Source: Enterobacterales bacterium (GTDB taxonomy: Bacteria; Pseudomonadota; Gammaproteobacteria; Enterobacterales; GCA-002770795). From it: a stretch of DNA of 64,000 bases. The stretch is from NCBI GenBank assembly GCA_041556195.1, contig JBFFIY010000002.1:278-64277 (forward strand). Direction: 5' to 3'. The position numbers and the translations under genes are program-made. Positions within the stretch are counted from its first letter, which is position 1, and each line of letters opens with the position of its first letter. Under the pieces are notes generated by a model, which saw only the letters and a list, made by a program, of their open reading frames with translations, searched no databases and had not been told where the DNA came from. Below, in pieces: positions 48,820 through 57,737 of this stretch.

Positions 48820-49563
48820 TTACCTTGATGGAAAACTATGACGACGGGTCACTTTAGGTAACAGTTCAAAAAACGCATTAAACACCTGCAAACTGAGTTG
48901 TTTTGATTTTTCTATATACTGAATTGTATCATTTTGAATTTGTTCTATTGCAACCTGACGATCAGATCCAGGCAGATAACGCATTGATTCTGCTGTAGTA
49001 AACCAACGTTGTATTAAATGCTCAGTAATTTCCAAGTGAAATTGAAACCCATAGACATTATCACGATAAAGAAAAGCCTGATTAGGACATATTTTACTGG
49101 CTAATAACCGATGGCTACTATCGGGTAAGTCAAACGTATGTTCATGCCATTGAAAAATTCGCTGATTATCTTCAAAAAAATGACAGATTGAATCCTGACA
49201 TTTATCTGTTTTCTTTAATTCGAACCATCCAACTTCTTTCTCAGTCGCAGAATAAACTTTACTACCTAAGGCTTTAGCGATTAATTGTGCACCAAGACAA
49301 ATTCCCAAAATCGGCATTCCTGTTTTTATCGCTTGTTGGATCAGATTGATTTCCTGTAATAGAAATGGAAATTGTTCAGTATCATCAACATTCATAGGCC
49401 CACCCAACACAATCAGAGCATCATAGTCCTCTATTGTTGTAGATACATCAGGCGTTCTTACAAAATTGATATGTTTAATACGATGACGTTGTTCTCTCAA
49501 TAATGAAACAATGGTGCCGAGAGGTTCATAGGGTACATGCTGGATCACAATAACTTTTGCCAC
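48820..49563 (-). CDS. class I glutamine amidotransferase-like protein
   Basis: 247 aa. Nucleophile elbow GICLGAQL and His/Glu block GFQFHLE. Confidence 0.75.
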   Translation of the reverse strand: MAKVIVIQHVPYEPLGTIVSLLREQRHRIKHINFVRTPDVSTTIEDYDALIVLGGPMNVDDTEQFPFLLQEINLIQQAIKTGMPILGICLGAQLIAKALGSKVYSATEKEVGWFELKKTDKCQDSICHFFEDNQRIFQWHEHTFDLPDSSHRLLASKICPNQAFLYRDNVYGFQFHLEITEHLIQRWFTTAESMRYLPGSDRQVAIEQIQNDTIQYIEKSKQLSLQVFNAFFELLPKVTRRHSFPSR

Positions 49564-49689
49564 GAATACTCCTCAGTTTATGAATTCACTCTATGACGAG
49601 TTGGAAATGTTTACAACTAAACAATATACCCGTTATCAATTTGAAGCAATCCACCTCAAAACTGTTGAGCTATCTCTAAATATTGTTTC

Positions 49690-49719
49690 TGAGCCGAATA
49701 ATAGTAACTATTCGGCTCA
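49690..49719. other. orphan 11-bp perfect hairpin (TGAGCCGAATA - 8 nt - TATTCGGCTCA)
   Basis: Read directly. Lies in the 610-bp non-coding junction between core genes and the defence island. No T-run follows on either strand. Confidence 0.5.
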
Positions 49720-49801
49720 TACATAAGTTTCGCTCTATTTAAACCGAATACATAAAATGAGCCTGGATAATAATAAGAATACAATTCATAAACACAAAAA
49801 C

Positions 49802-50070
49802 CAGACTTAAATAACCTGAGCTCGGGATAAGAATAGTCAAAATACTATTAAATATTAGTAAGTTATAAATACTTTATAGCAAACGGTTATCACAGGGTTA
49901 TAATCTGTCCAGTGCAAATACTTTAGTGGTTATCACCAAAAGTAGGCGCTTTAGGCGAGGCGGACTAGCGTAGTAATCCCGCTATTGCTAGCTAGTTCAA
50001 CGCAGAGAACCGCTAAAATAGTTGTGTCGGGTGATTGTTCTTATCCCGAGTTCAGGTTAATTTAAGACTG
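49802..50070. mobile_element. MITE-like 269-bp non-coding element bounded by ~30-bp imperfect terminal inverted repeats
   Basis: Left end 49802-49836: CAGACTTAAATAACCTGAGCTCGGGATAAGAATAG. Right end 50038-50070, reverse-complemented: CAGTCTTAAATTAACCTGAACTCGGGATAAGAA. The 27/28-nt TTAAAT..GGATAAGAA cores differ by one substitution and one 1-nt indel; the 5-nt CAGAC/CAGTC extension adds one more substitution. The interior has no ORF, contains GGTTATCAC twice, and has a GC-richer stem-rich stretch at 49941-50020. Confidence 0.4.
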
Positions 50071-50172
50071 GTAAATGGATTTGACAGAAATGCCAGCATA
50101 ATTGAAGTACAATGTTGTTTTGATTAAAGTATAGGCAATTACACCGCTAATTTTATAGATCTCGGATAACCA

Positions 50173-52065
50173 ATGAAAGATAACACTTTAGACGATCAAT
50201 CTTTTGATCTTATCATTATGTATTTTACCAATATCGCGACAAATACATCAGATCCGTTGACTTGTTGCAACAATGTTAAAGCAACATTTCCCCTTGTGAT
50301 GGAAGAGCTGTTTGGTCCTCCTCAAGGAGAATTATTGTCTTTTTGGCTTGGCGTGCAACTATGGAATATTTTTCCTCATCCTGATAATAATTTTCAACCC
50401 ATAAAGATTGAACTACCTAAACGTAACCAGAGTTGTTTGTGTGGTTCAGGTAAAAGATTTAAACAATGTTGTATCAATGTCCCAATGATTGATAGTTTTT
50501 CTTCAGAGATGTTCTGGCCCTATCTGGTTGATATGTTATCTCATAAAGACCTGGTTGAAGCTGCAAAGCAACGCCAACTACCAGTGGATGGATTGAGAAT
50601 AGTGGCGGAGATATACTTAAATAATGATGAACCAAAAAAAGCGATAGCTTTGCTAGAACCTTCTTTTGCTGATGAAGGTAAACATTTGAGCAAACAACAC
50701 AGCGGATTAACTGACTTACTCTGTGATGCATACAATGAACACTATCAGACCGACAAAAAGAAGGTCAAGCTTTTGGAGCAATTAAAGCATCACCCTGTAA
50801 AACGGATCCGCTGTGAAGCCTGGCAGCGGATAGCCAGTGTAAATGCTGAGAAAGGGAATCATAAGCAGGCTATAGAGGCACTATATGAAGCGATGAAAGC
50901 TGATCCAAAGGACTTGAGCAATGCGATCTTAGAAATTAAATTACTGGTTTCTTCCAACAATATCGAAATGGCTAAGCAACGAGCGAATTTTTGGTACACG
51001 AAAATAGTTAAATTCCCGGATGTTTTCAAAAAATTAGGTGACTTCCTGGAGACAGCCAAAACAGATCCTGTCGAGGCTCTTTCTCAAATGCAAATAGATC
51101 GATTTAATGATCCTCAACTCGAAGTTTTACAGCACTGGTTTGATACAAATCATCAATCGATCCCCTTGCCTGATTATCAATTGGATTCTATGGGAGTAGA
51201 TGAAGAATCCATAGAAAATTTTATTCTTAAATCACCCAAATCCTGTAGTAAAACCTTTGAGATGTGGCAAGATGATTTTTCTCCTTGTGATAAGCCATTT
51301 TCAACTCAATGGATAAATGAAGTAGATACCTGGTTTGATCCCTACGATACTGATTGGATTGAGTTCTTAGAAAAACATCCAGACTCTGTACATAATATCG
51401 ACTTACTCGATGATGTTATCAACTGTTTAATGGCACACCCGGGAAATGAATTGCCTGTTAGTCCTGCGAAACAGTTGGCAAAAAAAATCGCTGACCATGT
51501 ACTAAATATCCTTTTACCACTGTCAACAGAAATTTTAGAAAATTCAACTCAAAGATTCAGTTGGCTGATTCTTGATAATCGGCCAGCACTGAGAATTCTG
51601 GCAAACAGAATCCTGTTGACCGAAGACAATAGCCCTGAAGCCTTCACTTTGATAAATACTTATATCAAGCTCAATCCAACAGATAACCATGGTTTTAGAT
51701 CTCTGCTTATGAACCAGATGATCCGTCAACGTGAGTATAAACCAGCCAAAGAACTCGCATCCCAATACCCTGATGATTGTTTGGTCGACATGATGATGGG
51801 AAAAGCATTGGCTGATTTCGCCGAAGGAGACAAAGTAGCTGCAGGGGAAAACCTGAGATCTAGCCTGCAATATCACCCCTTTTTGATTCCGTATTTAACA
51901 AGAACTCGAGTGGCTAAACCAACATTTAGCGAATTCGGCATTGCCATGGGCGGCAAGGATGAAGCATGGATTTATCGAGAAGAAATGCGTGATGTCTGGT
52001 TACAGATGCCGGGAGCCTTAGAATGGTTAAAAGAACAACATAAATTAATTGACTATAAAAAATGA
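50173..52065 (+). CDS. SEC-C motif protein with TPR-like helical repeats (630 aa)
   Basis: CLCGSGKRFKQCC metal-binding SEC-C motif near residue 100. The rest is helical-repeat-like. No enzymatic motif recognised. Confidence 0.6.
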   Translation: MKDNTLDDQSFDLIIMYFTNIATNTSDPLTCCNNVKATFPLVMEELFGPPQGELLSFWLGVQLWNIFPHPDNNFQPIKIELPKRNQSCLCGSGKRFKQCCINVPMIDSFSSEMFWPYLVDMLSHKDLVEAAKQRQLPVDGLRIVAEIYLNNDEPKKAIALLEPSFADEGKHLSKQHSGLTDLLCDAYNEHYQTDKKKVKLLEQLKHHPVKRIRCEAWQRIASVNAEKGNHKQAIEALYEAMKADPKDLSNAILEIKLLVSSNNIEMAKQRANFWYTKIVKFPDVFKKLGDFLETAKTDPVEALSQMQIDRFNDPQLEVLQHWFDTNHQSIPLPDYQLDSMGVDEESIENFILKSPKSCSKTFEMWQDDFSPCDKPFSTQWINEVDTWFDPYDTDWIEFLEKHPDSVHNIDLLDDVINCLMAHPGNELPVSPAKQLAKKIADHVLNILLPLSTEILENSTQRFSWLILDNRPALRILANRILLTEDNSPEAFTLINTYIKLNPTDNHGFRSLLMNQMIRQREYKPAKELASQYPDDCLVDMMMGKALADFAEGDKVAAGENLRSSLQYHPFLIPYLTRTRVAKPTFSEFGIAMGGKDEAWIYREEMRDVWLQMPGALEWLKEQHKLIDYKK

Positions 52066-52478
52066 AAATCTGGTTGTTTAAAAAATAATGATGGTGAATG
52101 AGCTTTCAACAAAGCGCCTCGAAAGTTTTTATTCTTCGCAAAAAGATATGTATGAAGGTGAAATCTGAGTGACAACTCTTGACTATGCCTTTAAAAGGTC
52201 TTAAGTAGACAGTCTGATCTTGGCTGGTCGAGGACCCAAAATTGTAACCACGGGATACTCAGAGAGAAGGAGCTGGAGTTCATCTATTATTTGTCTAGCA
52301 ATCATACCCATATTATAGTTATGTAAATATGGAATTCAACTCCAATATTACATAACTTTAAGAAAAAAACTCTCAGCCTCATCTAAAGCGGCCCCTAACT
52401 ACCAGCACAAGAAACTCGTTTTAGAGTTAAAAACTCTCTCGTAACTCGCAACTATCTCTTTTTCACTCACTCCCTCAT

Positions 52479-52507
52479 GTTAACAAAACCACGCAATATC
52501 GACACAT
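52479..52507 (+). promoter_or_regulatory. conserved motif upstream of Fic gene 1 (GTTAACAAAACCACGCAATATCGACACAT)
   Basis: Shares GTTAACAAAACC..AATATCGA.A.CAT with 53949-53976 upstream of Fic gene 2. Ends 66 nt before its start codon. Confidence 0.4.
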
Positions 52508-52573
52508 TATCTTTACATATTTATGGGTTCGGCTTATCCTTACAACGTGTCGACATAATACAGAACATTTAAC

Positions 52574-53686
52574 ATGACATGGCAACCAGATCAACCATAC
52601 AATGATTTACCACTCTTGCCTCCAAAGTTCGATTTGGATTCAGTTGCTATTTTAAAGGCTTGCATTCCAGCACGTGTCGCTTTGGCTGAGCTTAAAAAAA
52701 CCGGGGAATTGCTACCAAATCAAAGGGTATTAATAAATTTACTACCTTTGTTAGAAGCGAAAAACAGCTCTGAAGTCGAAAATATACTGATCACCACAGA
52801 TCAATTATTCCAATTTGCGCATGAAGACGGCCTTGCCGATGCAAAAACCAAAGAAGTACTTCGCTATAGATCGGCGTTGCACCGTGGATCTCAAGAACTA
52901 GCCAATAAACCGTTGTCTGGCAAAATCGTAATGGAAATATGCAGCACAATCAAAGGCATTCAGATGAATGTTCGCAAAATACCAAGAATCACTCTGGCAA
53001 ATCCCCTCACAGGTAAAGTGATCTATACACCACCATCAGGTGAAAATCACATCAGAGATCTTTTGGCTAATTGGCAAGCTTTTTTACATCAAGATGATGA
53101 AATTGATCCACTCGTTAAAATGGCAATCGCTCATTATCAATTTGAAGCCATCCACCCGTTTCTTGATGGTAACGGTCGAACGGCTCGAGTACTGAATATA
53201 TTGTACTTAACCGGATCGGGCTTATTGAGTTTACCCATTTTACAATTGAGTCGATTTATCCTTCAAAACAAACAGGATTATTATCATCTGCTTCATGAAG
53301 TAACAAAAAATGGAGACTGGCAAGGCTGGATCCTTTATATATTAAAAGCTGTGGAACAGACTGCAACCTGGACAACTCAAAAAATAACCGCCGTAAGGCA
53401 ACTTATTGAACATACCACAGAGTTCATTAAAACCAACTTACCCAAAATCTACAGCCATGAACTGGTTCAAGCCATTTTTGAACAACCCTGTTGTCGAATT
53501 ACTAACCTGGTTGAACAAAATATTGCCAAAAGACAAACTGCCTCTGTGTATTTAAAACAACTATGTGAGATCGGTGTTTTACAGGAAATAACCACTGGCA
53601 AAGAAAAACTTTTTATTCATTCAAAATTGATTCAATTGATAACTGAGGGTAAGCATGAGTTTGATTATTACTTAGCTAAACAATGA
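52574..53686 (+). CDS. Fic family protein (class II, N-terminal inhibitory helix)
   Basis: 370 aa. Active-site motif HPFLDGNGRTAR (HxFx[D/E]GNGRxxR), inhibitory-helix motif SSEVEN (SxxxEN), C-terminal wHTH-like region. Confidence 0.85.
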   Translation: MTWQPDQPYNDLPLLPPKFDLDSVAILKACIPARVALAELKKTGELLPNQRVLINLLPLLEAKNSSEVENILITTDQLFQFAHEDGLADAKTKEVLRYRSALHRGSQELANKPLSGKIVMEICSTIKGIQMNVRKIPRITLANPLTGKVIYTPPSGENHIRDLLANWQAFLHQDDEIDPLVKMAIAHYQFEAIHPFLDGNGRTARVLNILYLTGSGLLSLPILQLSRFILQNKQDYYHLLHEVTKNGDWQGWILYILKAVEQTATWTTQKITAVRQLIEHTTEFIKTNLPKIYSHELVQAIFEQPCCRITNLVEQNIAKRQTASVYLKQLCEIGVLQEITTGKEKLFIHSKLIQLITEGKHEFDYYLAKQ

Positions 53687-53948
53687 GGCCAACAACAATA
53701 TTGTACAAAAAATGCTATTCTTGGTGAGGTATTCTTTTTTAGAATCGTAAGATTGCTGTATGGAAAAGGATTAAGGAGGGTTTTGATGAGTTTGTAATTA
53801 TAGTCCGACCCCGCAGTTTATCTGTAAGGCAACAAGGAAAGCCTGGAACCGACTTTAGGTTATTGTTTTAATTCAAAGCAGACAGTACAGTTTAGGTAAT
53901 GAACGACTCAATTACTAATTTTTAATAATTGACCAGGTACATTTTCGA

Positions 53949-53976
53949 GTTAACAAAACCGTAATATCGAAAACAT
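53949..53976 (+). promoter_or_regulatory. conserved motif upstream of Fic gene 2 (GTTAACAAAACCGTAATATCGAAAACAT)
   Basis: See 52479-52507. Ends 94 nt before its start codon. Confidence 0.4.
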
Positions 53977-54070
53977 GGGGGGAATTTGACATTTGCAAAC
54001 AGATAGCTTATGTTTCATGTATTAACTATTATTAATAATAACATCTGAAAATAGAGCTAATTTTATTTAT

Positions 54071-55570
54071 ATGGATATTTCCAAATATAAAGCTGGTACT
54101 TACAAACAGAGCTATCAATATAAGTATTTTCTACCCAGCAAGATAAACCATTCTTGGATATTTTCAGATCCCCAAGTCCAGCAACTGCTTAGTGAAGCCG
54201 ATAGAGCTTTAGGAGCGTTGGATGCTTTTTCCGAATATTTGCCCGATGTAGATTACTTTGTTCAAATGCACCTTAGTAAAGAAGCTACTCAATCTAGCCG
54301 TATAGAGGGGACTCGAACAAATATAGAAGAAGTATTTATTGATGCGCAGAATATTGAACCAGAGAAAAGGGACGATTGGGAGGAGGTGCAAAATTACCTG
54401 ATAGCCATTAATACCGCTATAAAACAGTTACATGTTTTACCCTTCTCCAATCGCCTTTTAAAAGATACTCACAGAACCTTGATGCGAGGTGTTCGAGGCG
54501 AACATAAGAGACCCGGAGAGTTTCGGCTTAGCCAAAACTGGATCGGCGTAAGCCTGAAAAATGCTATATTTGTTCCACCTCATCAAGATCACATCGAAGA
54601 GTTGATGAGTGATCTCGAAAAATTCATCAATAATGAATTGAATGTCCCACATTTAATAAAAATTGCAATTGCCCATTATCAATTTGAAACCATTCACCCA
54701 TTTCTAGATGGAAACGGTAGGCTGGGTAGATTGATGATAGTACTTTATTTAGCGAGCTTTAATCAATTACATAAACCCGCTCTTTATCTATCTGATTACT
54801 TTGAGAGAAACAAGGTGGAGTACGTTAACAGGATGATGGCTGTCCGCTTGGCGGATGACATGAAGTCATGGCTGATTTTCTTTCTACATGGGGTATTAGA
54901 GACTTCAAAAAATTCAATTCAGGTATTTAAGGATATTATTGCGCTTAAATCGAAGCTGGAGCGTGAAGTGTTACCCTATTTTAGTACACGAAGGCAGCAG
55001 AATGCTCAGAACATAATGCGTCATCTGTATCAAGCCCCTGTGGTGAGTATAAAGGAGATCGCTGATCTGCTAGGTATCAACCTCAATACAGCATCTGCTT
55101 TAATCAATGACTTTGAAAAATATGGTGTGCTTACTAAATTAACGGCAAAAAAACGTAGTCGTTTATATGGCTTTAGTGAATATATGATGATATTTAAAAG
55201 ACAATATGATATTAGAGAATATGAGGATGAAGTAAATACCCAGGAGGATACCCAGGAGGATACCCAGGAGGACACCCAGGAGGATACCCAGGAGGATATC
55301 ATTACCAACAGTTCTCATGACATTGACTGGAAGATAAAACAGCTAATATCAAAATTTGATGGTGTGCTTAGTCGAGCTGAAATTCAGACTCTACTTGATT
55401 TGAAAGATGCCGAATATGTTAGGCAGCAATATATTTTGCCTGCGCTTAAAATGGGGGTTATTGAAATGACTCTACCTGATAAACCCTCGAGTAAGTTGCA
55501 GAAATACAGATTAACAACCAGAGGTGAGAAGATGCAGCAATATATAAGGACAGCTTCTAATGAAAACTAG
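54071..55570 (+). CDS. Fic family protein (class II) with repeat linker and extra C-terminal winged-helix-like module
   Basis: 499 aa. HPFLDGNGRLGR active site, SSRIEG inhibitory motif, (TQED)x5 linker, C-terminal ..LPDKPSSKLQKYRLTTRG.. block. Its stop overlaps the next gene's start by 11 nt. Confidence 0.85.
   Translation: MDISKYKAGTYKQSYQYKYFLPSKINHSWIFSDPQVQQLLSEADRALGALDAFSEYLPDVDYFVQMHLSKEATQSSRIEGTRTNIEEVFIDAQNIEPEKRDDWEEVQNYLIAINTAIKQLHVLPFSNRLLKDTHRTLMRGVRGEHKRPGEFRLSQNWIGVSLKNAIFVPPHQDHIEELMSDLEKFINNELNVPHLIKIAIAHYQFETIHPFLDGNGRLGRLMIVLYLASFNQLHKPALYLSDYFERNKVEYVNRMMAVRLADDMKSWLIFFLHGVLETSKNSIQVFKDIIALKSKLEREVLPYFSTRRQQNAQNIMRHLYQAPVVSIKEIADLLGINLNTASALINDFEKYGVLTKLTAKKRSRLYGFSEYMMIFKRQYDIREYEDEVNTQEDTQEDTQEDTQEDTQEDIITNSSHDIDWKIKQLISKFDGVLSRAEIQTLLDLKDAEYVRQQYILPALKMGVIEMTLPDKPSSKLQKYRLTTRGEKMQQYIRTASNEN
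55238..55297 (+). repeat. 12-bp in-frame tandem repeat x5 (ACCCAGGAGGAT; one copy ends C)
   Basis: Read directly. Encodes TQEDTQEDTQEDTQEDTQED inside Fic gene 2. Confidence 0.95.
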
Positions 55571-57737
55571 TGGTGAATACAAGATTAGACCTGCTGGACG
55601 GCACATATTAACTATCGGTAGAGATCTGATACAAGACTCATATGCGGCAGTTGTAGAGATTGTGAAAAATTCATTTGATGCAGATGCAAGTGAAGTTCTA
55701 ATCGAATTCAATGGTTTTACTGATAAAAAAGAATATACAATTGTAATACAAGATACTGGACATGGTATGTCTCATGAGGTGGTAATTAACAAATGGATGG
55801 TACCTTCAACCGAGGACAAACTAAAACGTAAAACGAGTCCTAACGGACGAGTTATGCAAGGAAAAAAAGGGGTGGGCCGCTATGCTGCTTCTATTCTTGG
55901 CGAAGACTTACTACTGGAAACGGTTGAAGAGTGTGGCAAAAGAACAATTGCATATTTAGATTGGAAAGACTTTGAAAATGCAGATTATCTAGATGATGTA
56001 GAAATATTAATAGAAACTGAATCTATTAATAGTACTAGCGGCACTAGACTAACCATCATGGGGGGAGAAGAACGTTATATTGAATGGAATAAGAATCAAT
56101 TTAATAAACTTAGATTTGAATTAAAAAAATTAATGCCTCCATCTAACATTGCTGAAGATGAAGAGCCCCAAAATAGTGATTTCTCAATTAGGTTATCAGT
56201 TGTTGGATTTGAAGGGGTTGAACCAATTGATGAGGTTATAGAACCATACCCAATTGCTGATTTATTTGATTATAAAATATCAGGAAAATTAAACTCTAAA
56301 GGAAAAGGTAAGCTAAATTACAGCTCGCAAAAAACAAAAAGTACATCTGATGAATCAATAGAATTCGATGCCGAAATTATTGGGACTGGTTGTGGAGAAA
56401 TTGAGTTTAATATTATGGTGTATGATCGTGAAAAAGAAGCTATTGAGGCTCTTATTAAACGAGGTTTGAAAGATGAACACGGTAAATATTTGGGTAAACT
56501 TGAAGCTAAGCAGTTATTAAATGTGAACAACGGGGTTGGTGTATACCGTAATGGTTTTAGAATCAGGCCGCTTGGTGATCCTGATTTCGATTGGCTTAAA
56601 CTAAATGAACAAAGAATACAAAATCCATCTTTGAGAATTGGTAGTAATCAAGTAATTGGGTTCGTTCACATTCAGTCTGAAGAATCATCGAATTTAATTG
56701 AAAAAAGTGCTCGAGATGGGCTAAAAGAAAATGAATCGTTTGACGTCCTAAAAAAAGTCACTTCGAAAGTTATTCAAGAACTCGAAAATAGACGTTTTCA
56801 ATTTCGAAGAGCCCTATCATTGAGTAATCCGAAGGCAAAAATAGAGCGCGAATTAAAAAAAATATTTTCAGTTGATAATGTTAAAAATAACATATCAAGA
56901 AAACTTAGAAAGTCAGGTGTAAGGACTGATGTTTTATCAGAAGTTCTTCAAATAATAGAACGAGATGCTAATGAAAAAAATGCAGCAGCTGAAGATATTC
57001 GACAAACTGTGGCTATTTATCAAGGTCAAGCTACGCTTGGAAAAATCATAAACGTAATTCTTCATGAAGGACGTCGGCCTTTGAATTTCTTTAAGAATCA
57101 AGTCCCAAATATAGAATATTGGCATGAAGAATATGTAAAATCTCCAACTCCTGAAATATTAAGTAAGATTATTCCTATTGCATTAAATCTTGGAGATAAT
57201 GCGGATATTTTTGCTAGACTTTTTAGTCGCTTAGATCCTCTTGCTGCAGGAAAAAGAGGTGCAAAGGTATCTGTGCCTTTTTCAGAAGCGCTTCAAGGCG
57301 TATTTTCCGTCTTTGAAGAAGAGATGGTATCTCAAAATGTAAAGATAAATATTACCGGACCAGATGACTTTATGTTTATTGGCTGGGTACAAGACTTATA
57401 CGCAATATTTACTAATTTAATTGATAACAGTCTTTATTGGATGGAAGAAAAAAACATATCAAATAGAGAGATTAATATCGACTTTTCGATTGATGGTAAA
57501 CAAATTCAATATATTGACTATCGTGATACCGGTCCCGGAATATCTCCTAGCCTACTAATAGCAGATCTTATTTTTGAACCGGAATTTACTACGAAAAATG
57601 AAGGGACAGGCCTAGGGCTAGCTATAGCTGGTGAATCAGCCGCTAGAAATGGACTTGACTTGAAGGTGTTCGACTCAAAACTCGGTGCATATTTTAGAAT
57701 GCAACCCAAATTGGACGGAAGCAATGCAGACATTTAA
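55560..57737 (+). CDS. dual-GHKL protein: N-terminal MORC/Hsp90/MutL-like ATPase domain + C-terminal histidine kinase (H-box + HATPase_c)
   Basis: 725 aa. N-terminal Bergerat-fold motifs EIVKNSFDA (N-box), DTGHGM (G1), GKKGVGR (G2). Candidate phospho-His in VILHEGRRPLNFF (His502, codon 57063-57065). Second ATPase domain: NLIDNSLYW, DTGPGI, GTGLGLAIA. No TM segment seen. Confidence 0.8.
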   Translation: MKTSGEYKIRPAGRHILTIGRDLIQDSYAAVVEIVKNSFDADASEVLIEFNGFTDKKEYTIVIQDTGHGMSHEVVINKWMVPSTEDKLKRKTSPNGRVMQGKKGVGRYAASILGEDLLLETVEECGKRTIAYLDWKDFENADYLDDVEILIETESINSTSGTRLTIMGGEERYIEWNKNQFNKLRFELKKLMPPSNIAEDEEPQNSDFSIRLSVVGFEGVEPIDEVIEPYPIADLFDYKISGKLNSKGKGKLNYSSQKTKSTSDESIEFDAEIIGTGCGEIEFNIMVYDREKEAIEALIKRGLKDEHGKYLGKLEAKQLLNVNNGVGVYRNGFRIRPLGDPDFDWLKLNEQRIQNPSLRIGSNQVIGFVHIQSEESSNLIEKSARDGLKENESFDVLKKVTSKVIQELENRRFQFRRALSLSNPKAKIERELKKIFSVDNVKNNISRKLRKSGVRTDVLSEVLQIIERDANEKNAAAEDIRQTVAIYQGQATLGKIINVILHEGRRPLNFFKNQVPNIEYWHEEYVKSPTPEILSKIIPIALNLGDNADIFARLFSRLDPLAAGKRGAKVSVPFSEALQGVFSVFEEEMVSQNVKINITGPDDFMFIGWVQDLYAIFTNLIDNSLYWMEEKNISNREINIDFSIDGKQIQYIDYRDTGPGISPSLLIADLIFEPEFTTKNEGTGLGLAIAGESAARNGLDLKVFDSKLGAYFRMQPKLDGSNADI

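Noticed and set aside
49802-50070. Retron msr-msd or IS110-type bridge RNA upstream of the 630-aa gene
   Set aside because: Flanking inverted repeats and a structured interior fit a retron ncRNA superficially. However, the downstream protein has no reverse-transcriptase (YxDD) or recombinase motifs, and the inverted ends belong to a dispersed repeat family.
49564-50172. tRNA or tmRNA gene as island integration site
   Set aside because: I found no cloverleaf-compatible sequence (no GTTCGAATC-like T-arm and no acceptor pairing) on either strand. No integrase gene is nearby.
52290-52370. Imperfect inverted repeat TTATGTAAATATGG...CCAATATTACATAA in the spacer before Fic gene 1
   Set aside because: Only the outer 8 bp pair cleanly, and this is AT-rich sequence where such matches are expected by chance.
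55030-55308. Minus-strand ORF encoding (SSWV)n
   Set aside because: It is the antisense reading of the 12-bp tandem repeat inside the well-supported Fic gene. An artefact.
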